Of a stretch of 64,000 bases of DNA, positions 63,185 through 64,000 are shown one piece after another. Under the pieces are notes generated by a model that ran no database searches, was not told the DNA's origin, and worked only from the letters and a program-made list of their open reading frames with translations. A program made the position numbers and the translations under genes. Source of the DNA: Clostridia bacterium (GTDB lineage Bacteria; Bacillota; Clostridia; UMGS1883; UMGS1540); NCBI GenBank assembly GCA_017442155.1, contig JAFSAU010000004.1, forward strand, positions 404-64,403. Direction: 5' to 3'. Each line of letters starts with the position of its first letter. The first letter of the stretch is position 1.

Positions 63185-64000
63185 TCAGATTGCCTTTGCG
63201 TTTGCCAGGAGATACTTTTCAGCCTCGGCGTTCCAGAGACCGTTGTGCCGCTTGCAGATTTCATCCAGCTTTGCAAACATGGGGTTGGTTTCGCCCAGCT
63301 TTGCAAAATCGTCGATGGCGGCGAGGTCCATTTCAATTCCGGTATAAATCAACTTCTTGCCGCCCTTGATTTCCGGCAGATGCAGTGTGGTGGGAACCGC
63401 CGCATTCAGACCGCCGATATGGGTAATCATTGCGGCAGGGTTGATAAGACCCTGTTCCATCATTTTGAGGGATTCTTTCATGTCGTCTGTGTTACCGCCG
63501 CTGGTGCCCACAACGTGGGTGGAAGCGTAATGTACATTATAGAAGTTGAATTCTGCACTGAAGGCAGGATTTGTGGGACCGGCAAAGAAGTTGAGACAGC
63601 CGTCTTTAGCCAGGATGGCATCGGACATTTCCACAACGGGCTTTACAGGTGCATAGCAGAATACGTCGTTATAACCCTTGCCGTCTGTTAAAGCAAGCAG
63701 GTCTTCTGCGGTTTTGTCAGCGGTGTTGATATACAGGAGCTTTACACCGTTTTTGGCAGCTTCTTCCGGAGAAAGAATGCTTGCGGCACGGGCAAGACGT
63801 GCATCGTCAATATCGGTAACAATCAGCATGGCAGGCTTTCTGTCACAGTGAATTGCATAGTCAACTGCACCGAGACCCATGGGGCCTGCACCGGCCAGAA
63901 GTGCCATGTTGCCACCTTCTGTAATGCCCATGTCATGAATATAGCTACCGGGAGTGGTGTGGTAGTTTGCGTGGAAGCCGCCCACAATACAGCTCATGGG
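63185..64000 (-). CDS. zinc-type MDR dehydrogenase, C-terminal part (gene continues beyond window end)
   Basis: The reverse frame is open from the window edge to the stop at 63187-63185. LLAGAGPMGLGAVDYA is a Rossmann glycine motif. It lies immediately upstream of, and co-directional with, the E2 gene. Confidence 0.7.
   Translation of the reverse strand, partial: PMSCIVGGFHANYHTTPGSYIHDMGITEGGNMALLAGAGPMGLGAVDYAIHCDRKPAMLIVTDIDDARLARAASILSPEEAAKNGVKLLYINTADKTAEDLLALTDGKGYNDVFCYAPVKPVVEMSDAILAKDGCLNFFAGPTNPAFSAEFNFYNVHYASTHVVGTSGGNTDDMKESLKMMEQGLINPAAMITHIGGLNAAVPTTLHLPEIKGGKKLIYTGIEMDLAAIDDFAKLGETNPMFAKLDEICKRHNGLWNAEAEKYLLANAKAI

Noticed and set aside
1-64000. Search for CRISPR arrays, tRNA/rRNA genes, prophage, toxin-antitoxin or defence-system genes
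   Set aside because: No regularly spaced direct repeats, no cloverleaf-like or rRNA-like segments, and no recognisable nuclease, ATPase or methylase defence gene sets were seen. All gaps between genes are short and are explained by promoters or terminators.

Overview
Chromosomal segment with Gram-positive, Clostridia-like hallmarks: GGAGG-type RBSs, TTGACA/TATAAT-type promoters and SLH cell-wall anchors. No rRNA, tRNA or CRISPR array was seen. Left arm (1-16.1 kb): the edge of an IS transposase gene, then unrelated genes. These are a creatininase-family protein, a signal-less GH92 alpha-mannosidase, a Cof phosphatase, an EamA transporter and a Zn-ADH preceded by a truncated AraC remnant. They continue with an MBL hydrolase, a histidine phosphatase, a beta-propeller GH-like protein, class II FBP aldolase, PiT plus DUF47, PutP and a D-2-hydroxyacid dehydrogenase. 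This arm also holds an orphan KdpE-like response regulator whose phospho-acceptor Asp is Asn. Centre (16.3-57.1 kb): a roughly 41-kb glycan-degradation island, which is the main point of interest. It holds two architecturally parallel operons, 17259-30688 and 40219-54068. Each sits next to an AraC regulator and encodes, in the same order, a secreted CBM-only protein, a roughly 1000-aa secreted CBM-CBM-barrel paralog without SLH, and two roughly 1000-aa paralogs ending in three SLH repeats. I could not assign the shared barrel domain to a CAZy family by eye. It has an invariant D-E-P motif and Gln at the strand-7 position where I expected the clan GH-A nucleophile. Between the two operons lies an AraR-type (GntR-DBD/LacI-sensor) regulator with a triple 9-mer operator. 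It is followed by a cytoplasmic set (GH42-like short barrel, SIS protein, Rossmann-less Gfo/Idh/MocA fragment, full Gfo/Idh/MocA oxidoreductase), then a serine hydrolase and a GH89. Signal-less GH28, CE15, SGNH and GH78 enzymes complete the island, and no sugar transporter is present. Right arm (57.5-64 kb): a Zn-dehydrogenase, E2, E3 and fused E1 alpha-beta 2-oxoacid/acetoin dehydrogenase operon. All family assignments come from motifs read by eye, with no database search.
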